Source of the DNA: Antedon mediterranea | Taxonomy: Eukaryota > Animalia > Echinodermata | Reading direction: 5' to 3' | DNA: 64,000 nucleotides | Assembly (NCBI RefSeq): GCF_964355755.1 | Contig: NC_092671.1 | Location: 12,090,001-12,154,000, forward strand | Shown here: one piece after another, positions 52,345-64,000 of the stretch | How positions within the stretch are numbered: the stretch's first letter is position 1 | How the letters are laid out: each line of letters opens with the position of its first letter | Translations under genes and position numbers: made by a program | The notes under the pieces: model-generated | What the model saw: the letters and a program-made list of their open reading frames with translations, nothing else | Told to the model about the DNA's origin: nothing | Database searches by the model: none

Positions 52345-54600
52345 TTGATTTTTTTTTTATTTCATTCATATGGCGCTTTTTACAGTGCCTGACAGTACAG
52401 AACAAACATCAAAAATATTAAATAAAAAATGCAAGAAACACAAGATATACAACATCAAAAACCTAAAAATAAAAAATATAAGATACAAAAAAGAAATCAG
52501 GCCTGCCATGGATACTGACGTCATCGGACGAGTCACTTATCATCCCACACTGTAAACGGATCTTAAGTTTATTTTTGAAAGTGAGGGTGACTTACAAATT
52601 TTAATGGGCAGTTCGTTCTAATATTGAGGTCCGAGTACCGAAAACGAACTGCTACTAGTTTTAGTTTTCGTAAGTGGCACCACAAGTATATGTAAGTGTC
52701 CACGGCAGACCTGAGTGCACGTCTGGTATCTTGAAAATTAACGGTTTTATTTTAAAGTAAACTGGTGCGCGTTTGCTAACGCAGTTACACAGCTGAACTA
52801 GGATCTTGTATCTAATTCTTTCTTCTATTAGCCTACTTAGTTGACATAACAAAGGAAAAGCACTCGTACGTCTAGATACCTGAAAAACCAATCGGGCTGC
52901 GCGATTTTGTATTGTTTGCAAGGTATTATTATCAATAGACTTACGAATACGATATAAATGTCTTAAATAGAAATTAGCGACTTGTTTAACCTTAGATGCT
53001 CATTCATTTTTAGGTGTTGATCGTCGGGGTGAAAACACAATCATCTCCGTTTTGGAGTCATTTAGTTTGTTGTCACGCATCCATCCAATCTTTTAGTTTA
53101 TTAATGCCCGTCTTAGACAAGACATTGCTCTATCAACACCCGTAGCTGATTTGGGATTGCAGTTAATATAAATGTGCGTATCATCTGCCTATAGATGAAA
53201 CTCCACTCCAGTATCTCTAATAATGCTGGATAACGGTTGTGTGTATGCGCAGAATAGACTGGGGTTAATTACGGACCCTTGGGGGACTCCAAACTCCAGT
53301 GGGAAGCTATTAGAATTAGAGCCAGGTACAGAAACTTTACATTTCCGTCCACACACATAAGTTTCAAATCAACCGAGGGCTTCATCTGTAATGCAATAAA
53401 CATTTGTTTAGCCTATTCAGAAGGATTGTGTGGTCAAGGGTATCAAACGCTGCGCTTAGATCTAATATCACATGAATTATAATATTTCCTTTTTCTAGTG
53501 CACCTAATATATCCGATTTAATATTAATTAATGCAGTCTCAGTTCTGTGACCTGATTTCTAAGCTGATTGTAAAACATCATTCATGTCATTTAGCGCAAG
53601 GTGTTTTTTAAATTGTTCATGTGCGGGATATTCGATCAATTTAATTAAAGAGACCGGCATAAAATTAGCCAAAATGTGTGCGTCAAGAGATTGTTTTTTA
53701 ATTACAGGTGTTATCATAGCAGTGCGAAGCTGTGAGGAGAATTGACATGACCCAAACGAGGTACTAATTATATTGGCAATGGCATGGTGCTAAGACATCT
53801 GAACTGTTTTTAAGGAGCCATGTAGGTAGGGGATCTGCATAACTGGATATATTAGGGATTTTATTTAAAGGTGCAATGACGTAATCAGTATCAACAGCGT
53901 TAAAACAGTTCATAGCTAAAACATTAGTTGTGAGTCATTATTATATTATCATTACGACTAACAATAATATAAAGAACTTCTCTAATGTTTTTTATCTTTT
54001 GCTCGAAGTAAGTTGCAAAGTTATCACACAAGTCTATATTTGAATTTGTAACTGGCATTGGCTTATGTGTCCTGCCAAGTAGACAATTTATGGTCTTATA
54101 CATCGAGCGAATGTCACAAGATACCAGTTTATCCTTAAAATAAAATAAAATAAAATATAAAATATTAAAATATATGCATTTGTCTTAAGAACAGATGCAT
54201 GTTTTACTTCGAAGTTTATGCGATCCTATGTGTCTTGCGAAACTTTCAATTTAGTTGACGACATTCCAATTCTTCCGTCATCGACGCTGGGTCATTTGTA
54301 GTATTATGTTATCGGACAGTGAATGTCTATTCCACCTGTTTGACGGAATCATCTAATTTGTGAATATCATTTAACGCGTTCTTAACCAGTCTCAGTTTTA
54401 AAGTAGTTGAGGTCCAAATTTATTTATCATTCTTTTCTCTCTTCGGGATTTTGTAGTATCAAAACAAAATTCTATGATGTAGTGGTCGGATCCGTATGTA
54501 ATAGGAGTGACCTTAAATTTCGTAACTAGTTTTTCCACCGATCTATTTAGGACTTGGTCCAGAATGTGACCTGCAATATGTGTAGGGCGATCCACTAAAT
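52345..54600 (-). mobile_element. Decayed L2/CR1-type LINE
   Basis: Minus-strand motifs PTHIAGHILD (APE C-terminus), LDLSAAFDT, GVPQGSV, FHL*ADDT and QNRAARLV. Many stops. Confidence 0.85.
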
Positions 54601-54914
54601 GTTATTGTAGTAAATTGTTGTAGGCCAAGTAAGACCAGTGTGTTAGCTGCACCACAAAAACGAGCTAACCAACACAGCGGTTACGGTCATTTGAATATGA
54701 ATATGGCTCATGTGTACCGTCCCATTGTTTGTGAAAACAAGCTTAGCTATTCTAAAGCTGAACTACTATCGCTACGTTATCAAACCACAAGCCAAAACCA
54801 ATACTTTGATATGATTATAAACACGGTTATAGCATTCAACAATTCAGTTCTATTAAAGAAATGGTTTCGCAGTCGCCGAGGAAAACTGTCCCGTTAGTAT
54901 TGGAAATAGACCGT

Positions 54915-54956
<42 letters not shown>

Positions 54957-56434
54957 AAATATTTATATAGATAAAACAATCAGATAAGTGTATCTGTTTT
55001 ACATTGTGGTCCTGTCTTAATCAAAATATACAAAAGAGAAACTTAATTAAATATAATACAGTTTTTATGAAAAGAAATGAGATTTGTATATAGCCTTAAA
55101 GAACGTAATTGTTGGTGCCGATTTAATATTAATTGGTAAACTGTAAACTAAGGGTGTATTTAGGTATTGTTACGTTCAAATTTTCTACTCCACGTGTTAA
55201 GTGGGTCTGAATATCGCGAATCAATTCAATTTCATTTACTAATCTAATTGGTGCAAGGCCGTAAACACATTTATACATTAGACATGCTATGGAGAAATCT
55301 CGTTTCTCTTCAAGAGTTTGCCACGATAGGTTCTGGATGATGTTGTCAGCCCTTAAATTAATATAATCGAAGTTGTTAGTTACAATTCGAGCAGCTCTTT
55401 TTTGATGTCGCCTTAAAATATTTTTGTTTAACTCTGTCGTATTTTCCCAGACTGTTATAGCATAATCAATTGTACTTATATATAGAGTTTCTAGTAACGG
55501 TTTAGTACTTAAACTACTAGCTATTTTACCTAGCATTGTTATTTTATATCCAATATTTTTACTAATACATTGAGTATTTTGTTTCCAAGTTAACATTTCA
55601 TCGATTACGACTCCCAGATACCTTATACTATCAACTTGTTGTAATTTACTGGTTCCAATTTGTATATTTAAATCATTACTGTCAGCTGTATGATTGTTTC
55701 TTAGTAACATAACCTTTGTTTTTTTTCAGTATTTATAGAGAGGTGATTGTCATCATACCATTTACCAATGTTATCAATAATTATTTGTAATGAATCATTT
55801 ACTATCATAGCAGTATCAACCACAACATCATCAGCAAAAACGCTGAAATATCATTTATAAAAATGAGAAACAGGATGGGTCCCAGGATACTTCCTTGTGG
55901 AACACCAATATTGATTTCTTTAATTGTAGATTTGTTTTTGTTACAGTATACAAACTGTTTTCTGTTTTTTAAGTAATTACTAAACCAGTAAACAACATTT
56001 TCATGGAAACCATATTTGTAAAGCTTAAATAACAAAATTGAGTGTTCTATCGTGTCAAAGCACTTGGATATATCTAAGAAACAAGCGCCGACGACCTCTG
56101 AGTCATTAAAACTTTCTAACCAATCATCAACTACTCTGTGCAAGCATGTTACAGTAGAATGGTTTTTCAAAAAGGCAAATTGATCAATGTTAATTAAATC
56201 AAACAAACTAAGAAAAGAAATGATTTGTTCCTGAACCACTCTCTCTATAATCTTTGCGATATGAGCAACGACAGATATTTGTCTGTAGTTGCTCATACTG
56301 TCTTTACTACCCTTTCCTTTATATATATAGGAGTTGTCCTTGCTACTTTCCAATCAGCTAAGACAAGAGAGAGATTCACAATTAAGACACAATGGATAAG
56401 CAATGTATGGAGCTGCTAACCTTAACAATTTACT

Positions 56435-58042
56435 GGGTGTCACGAAACCTAAGACCACAAAAGCTAAGACCCCCTAAGACCTAAGATCACGAAAGCTAAG
56501 ACCCAAGACCTAAGATTACAAATATTTATCTTTCGCACCTGCCTTGCATTTTAACTCCCAACATTTATTCTGAATACCACACCTTAGAATTGGCACTTTC
56601 ATGAAAAAGAATCACATAAATAGTAACAAATACATTTTTAAAATGATATAAAGACGTTTTTCTCGCACACAAAATGACTAGCCTACAGTACAGTAGGCCT
56701 ACCCCATATGTTCAATGTTTTTGTTTCTATGGAACGTCAAAAGAGCAACAATTATATAGAGGGCTGAAAACTCTGTGGAGTCCATCTACAGTGTGGATGG
56801 AACAATGTAAAATTAAAATTGTAATGATAATGGTATATAATCATGCAAGTACGAAGAAATAAATACTGGCAAATAAACTTTAATTTAAAAATCATTATTT
56901 GTTTCGTTTTCTTTCTGTTTTTATACTTGTACTATTATTGTTGCTCTTTTGGCGCTCCATAGAAACAAAAACATTGAGCATGTGTGTGTGGGGGGAGCTC
57001 GAGGAGTTACAGTATACAAAGAAACATGTCTGTAAAATCATCACATTAAAGGATTTATTTATTTGTTTTTATGTGTTTCTCCTTCTGAAAGTACTTATAA
57101 GTCCTAATTTTAAAGTGTGGTATTCAGGATAAAGTTAGTCAACAACTTTGGAGTAAAAATACAAGAAAGGCAGGTGCGTAAGAAAAACATCCTCTAAACC
57201 AACACAATGGAGTAAATATATACCAACAAACAACCCGTCAAGTTTGTTTGTTGTAAAGAAAAAATATACATTTACTCAACGGGCGAAAATAATGTGAGTT
57301 TATCTATGTTTTGCGGTAGTATTAAATTATATTTGTGTCAACAGAGTCCAGGACAAAACAAAGGAAACAAAACACCGAAATGGATGGAAAATGTCATTTA
57401 TTATTAAATGACGAAATAAATAAATATATAATGTAAAACTACTGTAATAATAACAAAGGGGGCAGCCACCATTACATTATGTAGGTTATGGTATTGATAT
57501 TACATCTAATACCTTACATTACGTGAAGGCTGACCCTGTTGAATATATAGTATTAACAATTAGCATTCCCCATTGTTATATAGAAAACGCACCATTAACA
57601 TACTTGTAAAATAACCGATAATATAATATAAAAGTTATAGGTCTATACAGAATCGTAACTAACATATCGTAGAATTAATATACATAATCAAATTGAGATA
57701 TAATTATTATGGGCACACACGCCAAAAACCCGACTCGCAGAGAGGGTTCCGCCCAGAAAAGTATATCGAAATAAATGCATAGGTTTGTATCTGTTTAGTT
57801 AATAGACCCAGAGCTGTGCTCAATAGGTCTGCCTGAACTACGAATGTTGTAATGAAGTATTAAATTATATTTATGGTAATAAATGAAACCTACTGTGTTT
57901 AAAATTATGTATGAATAAACAAGTATTGTTTTTAAGCTGTAGTATATCTTAGAATTTGTAATCTTAGGTCCTGGGTCTTAGCTTTCGTGATCTTAGGTCT
58001 TAGGGGGTCTTAGCTTTCGTGGTCTTAGGTTTCGTGACACCC
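56435..58042. mobile_element. Non-autonomous TIR element with about 10-bp TSD (Mutator-like)
   Basis: TIRs gggtgtcacgaaacctaagacc.../...ggtcttaggtttcgtgacaccc with ctaagac subrepeats. Flanks are acaatttact and acaattgact. Confidence 0.85.
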
Positions 58043-58811
58043 ACAATTGACTATCAAAATCTAGAACATCTAAATGTTTTTCTGGCAAATTATAAAGCTT
58101 CCCTTTAATGGTATTTACATCAACATTTATAAAATTTAAAGGAATATTCACTAGGTGGATTATTCCAACTTGGCAGCGTATCGTCAAATGACTGCGCCAT
58201 CTTAATTCCTATGTTGGTAAAGTATTCATTAAAATGTTTGCAATCAATAGTTTTACTAATGTTAGATTTCATTTTACCAGGTAATTTATTTAGCTCGTTC
58301 CACATTTTTTTGGAATTATTTTTATATTTTATATTTACATTATTACAATAGTTATACTTTGCTTTCTTATTGTTAGTGTTAACCAGATTTCTAAGTCTTC
58401 TATACTCAGTTTTTAATCCTGGATTATTAACATTTACTTTGCTTTTGGTATAATCTCTTTTGTACATTTTTTTTTATAATTTAAGGAGTTATCCAGGGAG
58501 AGAATATATTTTTTATTCTTGAATTTTTATAGGCCCATGTTTATTACTTAAATTTAGAAAGCAATTTTTAAACGTACCCCATGCATTGTCAACGTTATTA
58601 AATTGTGAATATTTTGTAATTTCTGAGAATGGGAAATATCATGTAAGAATGCCCCTTCATCAAAGTTCTTATAATCTCTATAATATATTGTTTTATGTTT
58701 AGCTTCTTTTTCCTTAAATTTTAAACAGCTGTAAAACCATAAAATGGTCGCTTAGGCCTAAAGCTATTTTAGCAACACCACTTAAATAGTGCTAATCTGG
58801 AATTGTTGTTA

Positions 58812-60428
58812 GGGTCTGTTTCTGCTGCATAACGCAATTTAACCGGTTATTTTAAAATAGATTAAAAATAGATAACAATAACAAGACCGCGTTTCTGCTC
58901 AATTTGTGCTCCAAAATAACCCGTTAAATATATAGGTGGTCGTCGAGCAAAACGTCATCATTACCCAAAATGCAATACACTCAGACGGAAGTAGTAAGTT
59001 GGCTGTTTGTTTACATCGACGTCAGTACACACGTGTGTGATATGTTAACATAATAAAATGTTGTCTACAAGTTTTGTTTTTTGTAAAGCCTACTTACCAT
59101 CGTTAATAAAATTAATTCTCATGGCGCCTTCAATAACACGGGGAGGGTCGTGCAGCGCCCGATCGCCTAGAATAATTTTTATCTAGCCTAATTCCTCAAC
59201 AAAGGCGATGACACACGGCCCTTCCCACGTGAACGACTGTTGTCTTTCGCGAGCCCGGTCCTACAAAAAACCAAACGGAAACAAAAACAAGACTCAGAAT
59301 GTTGCAATACCTACCAAACGAAAGTAGATAATTGTTAATTAATTATGAAACCCCAACTTTTATAGCAAAAATCGTCCGAATTTATGTTAAAAACGACGAG
59401 TTTAGCCACAAAAACTTAAATCAAACTAGAGTATCCAAGTCATAGAATATCGCACGCACATAGTGCCTTTAATAGAATAATGAGTATTAAACATTGTTTC
59501 GTATATTTATGTACTAACATAAATAATAACACATTTCTATGCTTAATAAAATCATATTTAATATATTATCAAAGGCTCTGATAACCTATGTTTCGGTCGA
59601 TGTGATGTTTTTCTAACAAAATTATATGTAAAACGATCAAAGTAATTAGATTGTTCATTGTTCTCCTATGAAAGGCACTAAGGCCGTGCCATAAATACGC
59701 TCGTTTGGATTAAGTTTTTGTTTCTAAATTCATCGTTTATAACATAAATTCGGATGATTTTTGCTATAAAATTTGGGTTTTCATAATTAATTAACCATTA
59801 TCTACTCTCGTTTGGTAGGTATTTGCAACATTCTGAGTCCCTTTTTTTTCCGTTTTGGTGTTTATATAGGCCCATCCATACCCTTCGCGAGCGTGTACCT
59901 AATATTATAACGCCTCAAATTGCTTAGCTTGAGTAGTCCCCGGAACTCCACCCCAAATTTCTATTTTATTTTCGCAAAAATGCTCTCATTTATTATCTGT
60001 GATTCTTTTCTATTGCCTCCCATCCTTCCCCGTACTTTCTCTCCCCCCACAACTGAATAACATATCTTGTGATTTCATTCATCCACATACATGTTACCGA
60101 CATGTTCACTTCTTCGTTCGACTGTCAAAACCACGAGGAAAACACACATCGTATGCGACGGTATCTGACCCGGGGTCACAACTGTCAATCAAATAACCGT
60201 TATTTCGTGTTGCAGCTAAGAATTGCTCAGCGATAACCGGTTAAACGGCGTTCTAACACCGATTTAAATTGGTGTTTTTAACCGGTTATTTTGCGCTGCC
60301 TTTTAACCGGTTACCACAAATTTGTCCTGTTTCTGCTGCCAAGAAAATGGAGTTAATTTATTCACACCGATTTTAATTTATTCACACCGATTTTAACCGG
60401 TTATTTTTTATGCAGCAGAAACAGGCCC
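58812..60428. mobile_element. Non-autonomous TIR element with a nested inverted repeat
   Basis: TIRs gggtctgtttctgctgcataa/ttatgcagcagaaacaggccc flanked by TA. Removing it restores the LINE frame DLIL-TTIP. Internal inverted repeat at about 59290-59440 and 59690-59840. Confidence 0.85.
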
Positions 60429-60716
60429 TAGTATCAAATCAATACAACTTGATGAGTGTGACGTAACTATTGTTTTATCATGAATCAACTGGGTCATTAC
60501 AAACATGTTTTCGATCATATTGATAGGATTTTTCGAGAGGTTCTCATTTAAGACATAATCAATATTAAAATCGCCGAGTAATACAATTTCAGTGTTTTCC
60601 ATACTAACTTTTCCAAGTAAATCAATAATTAAGTTAAAATATTCATAATTTGCATTTGGAGGGCGGTATAAACAGCATACCGTTCAACCAAACAAGCCGA
60701 ATTCGAATGATCAATT

Positions 60717-61270
60717 CCGTATACGGACAACTACCCCCTGGACAATTACCACCCGGACAACTACCACCCGGAAAATGACCTCCCTAGGACAACTCCCACC
60801 CGGACAACTACCCCCTAGGACAACTACCATCTAAGACAACTACCCTCTCGTCCAACTGCTATTCCCCTAGGACAACAACACCCTCTGAACAACCACACCT
60901 ATATCATGACACCTACACCTTAGGTTATAATTACGATCTTGTAGAACTTCAAAACATAGGGAGAGAGATTGATATTAAATGAAAGCTTTTGAAATTTTTA
61001 ATATGCGTATCGTCAGCAGTTATTTTACATTAAACGAGAATCGATCAAATTTCTAAAACGTATTCCAATCTTGAAAATAAAGGGTGGGGCAACAGTCAAT
61101 CAAACAGTCTTTCATTTAAGATCAATCTCTCGCCCTATGTTTTGAAGTTCAGTAAGTTTTACAAGATCGTAATTTTAACCTAATGTGTACTAGGTGTGGT
61201 TGTTCAGAGAGTGTTGTTTTTCTAGAGGGGTAGTTGTCCTAGGGGCATAGCAGTTGGACAAGAGGGTAGT
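60717..61270. mobile_element. MITE with ggacaactacc subterminal repeats, right end truncated
   Basis: Tandem ggacaactacc(c/a)cc units at left and inverted ggggtagttgtcc at right, with an internal inverted repeat. Confidence 0.7.
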
Positions 61271-64000
61271 AACTGTAAGATAGTGGGACTGGTGGAGCAT
61301 CCCACTATTATCGATAAAATTTGCCCGATTTTGTTCTCTCTTTACTTTTTCAAAGCATAATGTTTTACCATAAGATCTTATATTATGCTGTTTTTTTAAA
61401 TTAAAATGACTACTACAATGGCATAGCCTCTAGAGCTAGGGTGGGTGTAGTAGCGTAGTAGCTAGTAAGTTGGGTGGTGTAGTCTGCATGTGCACGCGGT
61501 GTGGTATGATAAAGGAGGAGATGGCCTGAGCCAGACTTGGCCACTGAGTTCTCAGTTGGCCTCTCAGTTGGTGTCATGAGTATGCCTAAAGCCTTCTTTC
61601 TAGGCCCAATGGTTCAAAGCAATAACTTTATTTTATTTATTTAATCTGCTTCTTAATAATAACAATATCGGAATTATTATGCTGTACCACCGACTGTATC
61701 CACCTCATGTAAATTGAAATCATGTGAAAGAAAATGATAATGATAGCGGGTACCTTTTCCTGTAAATCGTTAACATTTCAATGTTTACGTAGAAGATCGC
61801 CGATTATTGTTACGATAGCGTCGAATAACGTCGACAGGAAAACAGGCTTAAGAGAGCAGATTAACATGCTTTTGCATATGCATGATACTCTGTGACGTCA
61901 TTTAACTTTAGCTGTATCTATATATAAATTATGGTTAATTCTGACATAGGCGAGCACAATGCAAAAACTTCGGTACAAATCTCCGCCTTGGATACCTACC
62001 TTATCTATCCGAGATGTACCGCGAAACGTAGATTTGATAACATTAGTGTTCACGCCGACGCTATTGTTCCATATTTATATCTTAGGAAGATATTATAAAG
62101 AGTTTTTGAACAACATTTATGATTTCAACATTAGATTTTCCTCTCAATTTCAATTCTTCCCGGTCAAAGTAATTTCCGGGTTTAAGATAAGTTCACCTTG
62201 CAACAACCTTAGTTTCAAATATTTTCTCTCTTTTAAACACAAGGGAGCAGTTAAAATAATAGATTTGACCCTAAAGGTGACTGGAAACAGGCACTTTCCA
62301 TCAATCAATACAGTGTCCCTTTGGAAGAAGAAAAAAAATCAGACAGTAGGAGTGGTTGGCCATTAGTCATAGCCATTTCAGTTTTTTGTTTATTTTAAAA
62401 CATACCACGCGTGTGTGAAAGTACAGTAGTTAAATTATACTGCAAATTAATAAAGATCAAATTAAATATACGTCATAAAGAATCAGAATATATTGTGGGG
62501 AATAGTATTATAAAATTACATAGGGAGATTTGATGATAAGACATTTTTCGAGTGAAATCCCGATAGCTGAGTTTTATTGAGTAAGCTTGCAGGAATAACT
62601 GTAGGCTATCTTCCTGTGTCCCGTTAGGACCGAGATGTCTGCCCATGTTGCAAGCCGTAATGTCTTCTTTTTTGGGCCCACTCTGTCACGGCAGTTAGTT
62701 TCAAAAGATGATGATGATTAAATTAAATAATGTATTAATAATTATTAGGATGATATTCATTTGAATAAACGCCTCTCCAATAAAACATCACTTTGAATAA
62801 TAACACCCCCCCCCCCCCCCAAACCCAACTATCTAATAAACGTCCATCCACATATTTATAATAACAAAATTTTACTATTTGTAGTAGAATTCACCGCACT
62901 GTTATCTACAATTTACCAATCATTTGTTATTCTTTTTAGCACTTTTCATATCTATTAGAGGATTTCATTTGAATATAAATGTTACCATATTATTAAAACT
63001 AAAAAATTTAACATATATCCCTCGAATAAGCACCTCCCTCAAATGACCTCCGCCTCTCCAAAGGGCCCTACCAAACAATAAAAACTATACTTTAAAATGT
63101 TATTAATCATCTAAAACACTGTGAAACAAAGTAGTTTAGTTTTACGAATGTCAAGCATTTTCAATAATGGTAACCGACAGAAAACGTATAAGGAGAACAT
63201 TATCATTCCGAGAACCATCGTCTACACACCCTCTAGTGCAAAGAATTGAAGTAGTCATACTAAAACCAAAGATAGTGTTGTATGAAACTTACGCGGTAAT
63301 TACATATAGGCCTGGTTTTAATGGGCATTATTGTTTTGGTTGCATAAAACTGTACAACTATATGCACGTCCAACAACACCAGGTCAGTGCAATGCAGTGT
63401 ATGGTGGTTCGTGGTTGTGAATTGGCGCGGCTGCTGCATACGCTGCAAATATAGTGAACACTATCTTAAACATAATATATAATAAAGCACTACTTCTGCT
63501 GCATGCTAAGAATTGTTAGTTTGGGGTTTTTTTGCCTGTTTGTTTACGACACATACATCAATTTTTGTTGGGATATCGCGTGAAGGACCAGGATATTTTG
63601 TTTATTCATCTATTTTTTTATATATTTGTTTTATTCGGGGATTGTAAATGTTCCTTTATAGAATAGTCAGCATTTCAAGGATGGGTTCAAGGATGCGCTG
63701 AAATGAGTCACGTGGGCGCTCTTTTTTCACTATATTCATTCACTGGAGTGAAAAAAGTGCGCAGCATAAAGGTATAAAACAAAATACCGATTGCGCTAGG
63801 CGCTGCATGATTTACGAGTAGAGAACTATTCGTCTAAAAACATTTAAAAACAAACAAACACACACCACCTGTATATTGTCAATTCAGGCACAAAGTTTTG
63901 GGCTAGGCTAGGCGGTGATTTCGTCGCCGAGCAGAGTGGTGCTTATGGCAGACCCATGTTATAAAACTGAAATACTGAATACTGAAATGCTTTATTTGTC

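Larger units (their letters stand above)
54915..60680 (-). mobile_element. Decayed CR1-group LINE interrupted by two DNA-transposon insertions
   Basis: APE motifs (YRPP, LLGDFNID, SCIDLIL) and RT motifs (FLDISKCFDT, GVPQGSILGP, YLGV, QKRAARIV). 3' end has an (ATT)n tail at about 54916-54950. Confidence 0.9.

Noticed and set aside
61300-64000. ORFs 61959-62366 and 63167-63454
   Set aside because: No recognisable motifs. The region is AT-rich repeat-derived sequence, and I found no xGD-family exons in it.

Overview
AT-rich animal genomic DNA with spliceosomal introns, probably from a marine invertebrate; the taxon cannot be fixed without a search. The window has three parts. (1) A tandem cluster of at least seven small intron-containing paralogues, largely missed by the ORF track. 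They encode predicted secreted peptides of about 40-75 aa: a signal-peptide exon, a four-cysteine truncated EGF/FOLN-like exon, and a last exon with a conserved [MVL]-F-x-[ST]-x-G-D motif (x-G-D = RGD, KGD, AGD, WGD; WAD in a divergent antisense copy). (2) A roughly 29-kb block of scrambled, deletion-riddled rDNA (about 20.3-49.5 kb) lying inside one of these paralogues. It carries three decayed three-zinc-finger R2 retrotransposons, a candidate HDV-like ribozyme, 9-bp arrays at rearrangement junctions, and a TIR element inserted twice in the spacer. (3) Decayed CR1/L2-type LINEs with nested non-autonomous DNA transposons (52-61 kb). Gene models were read manually from GT-AG sites and reading-frame continuity and have no transcript support.
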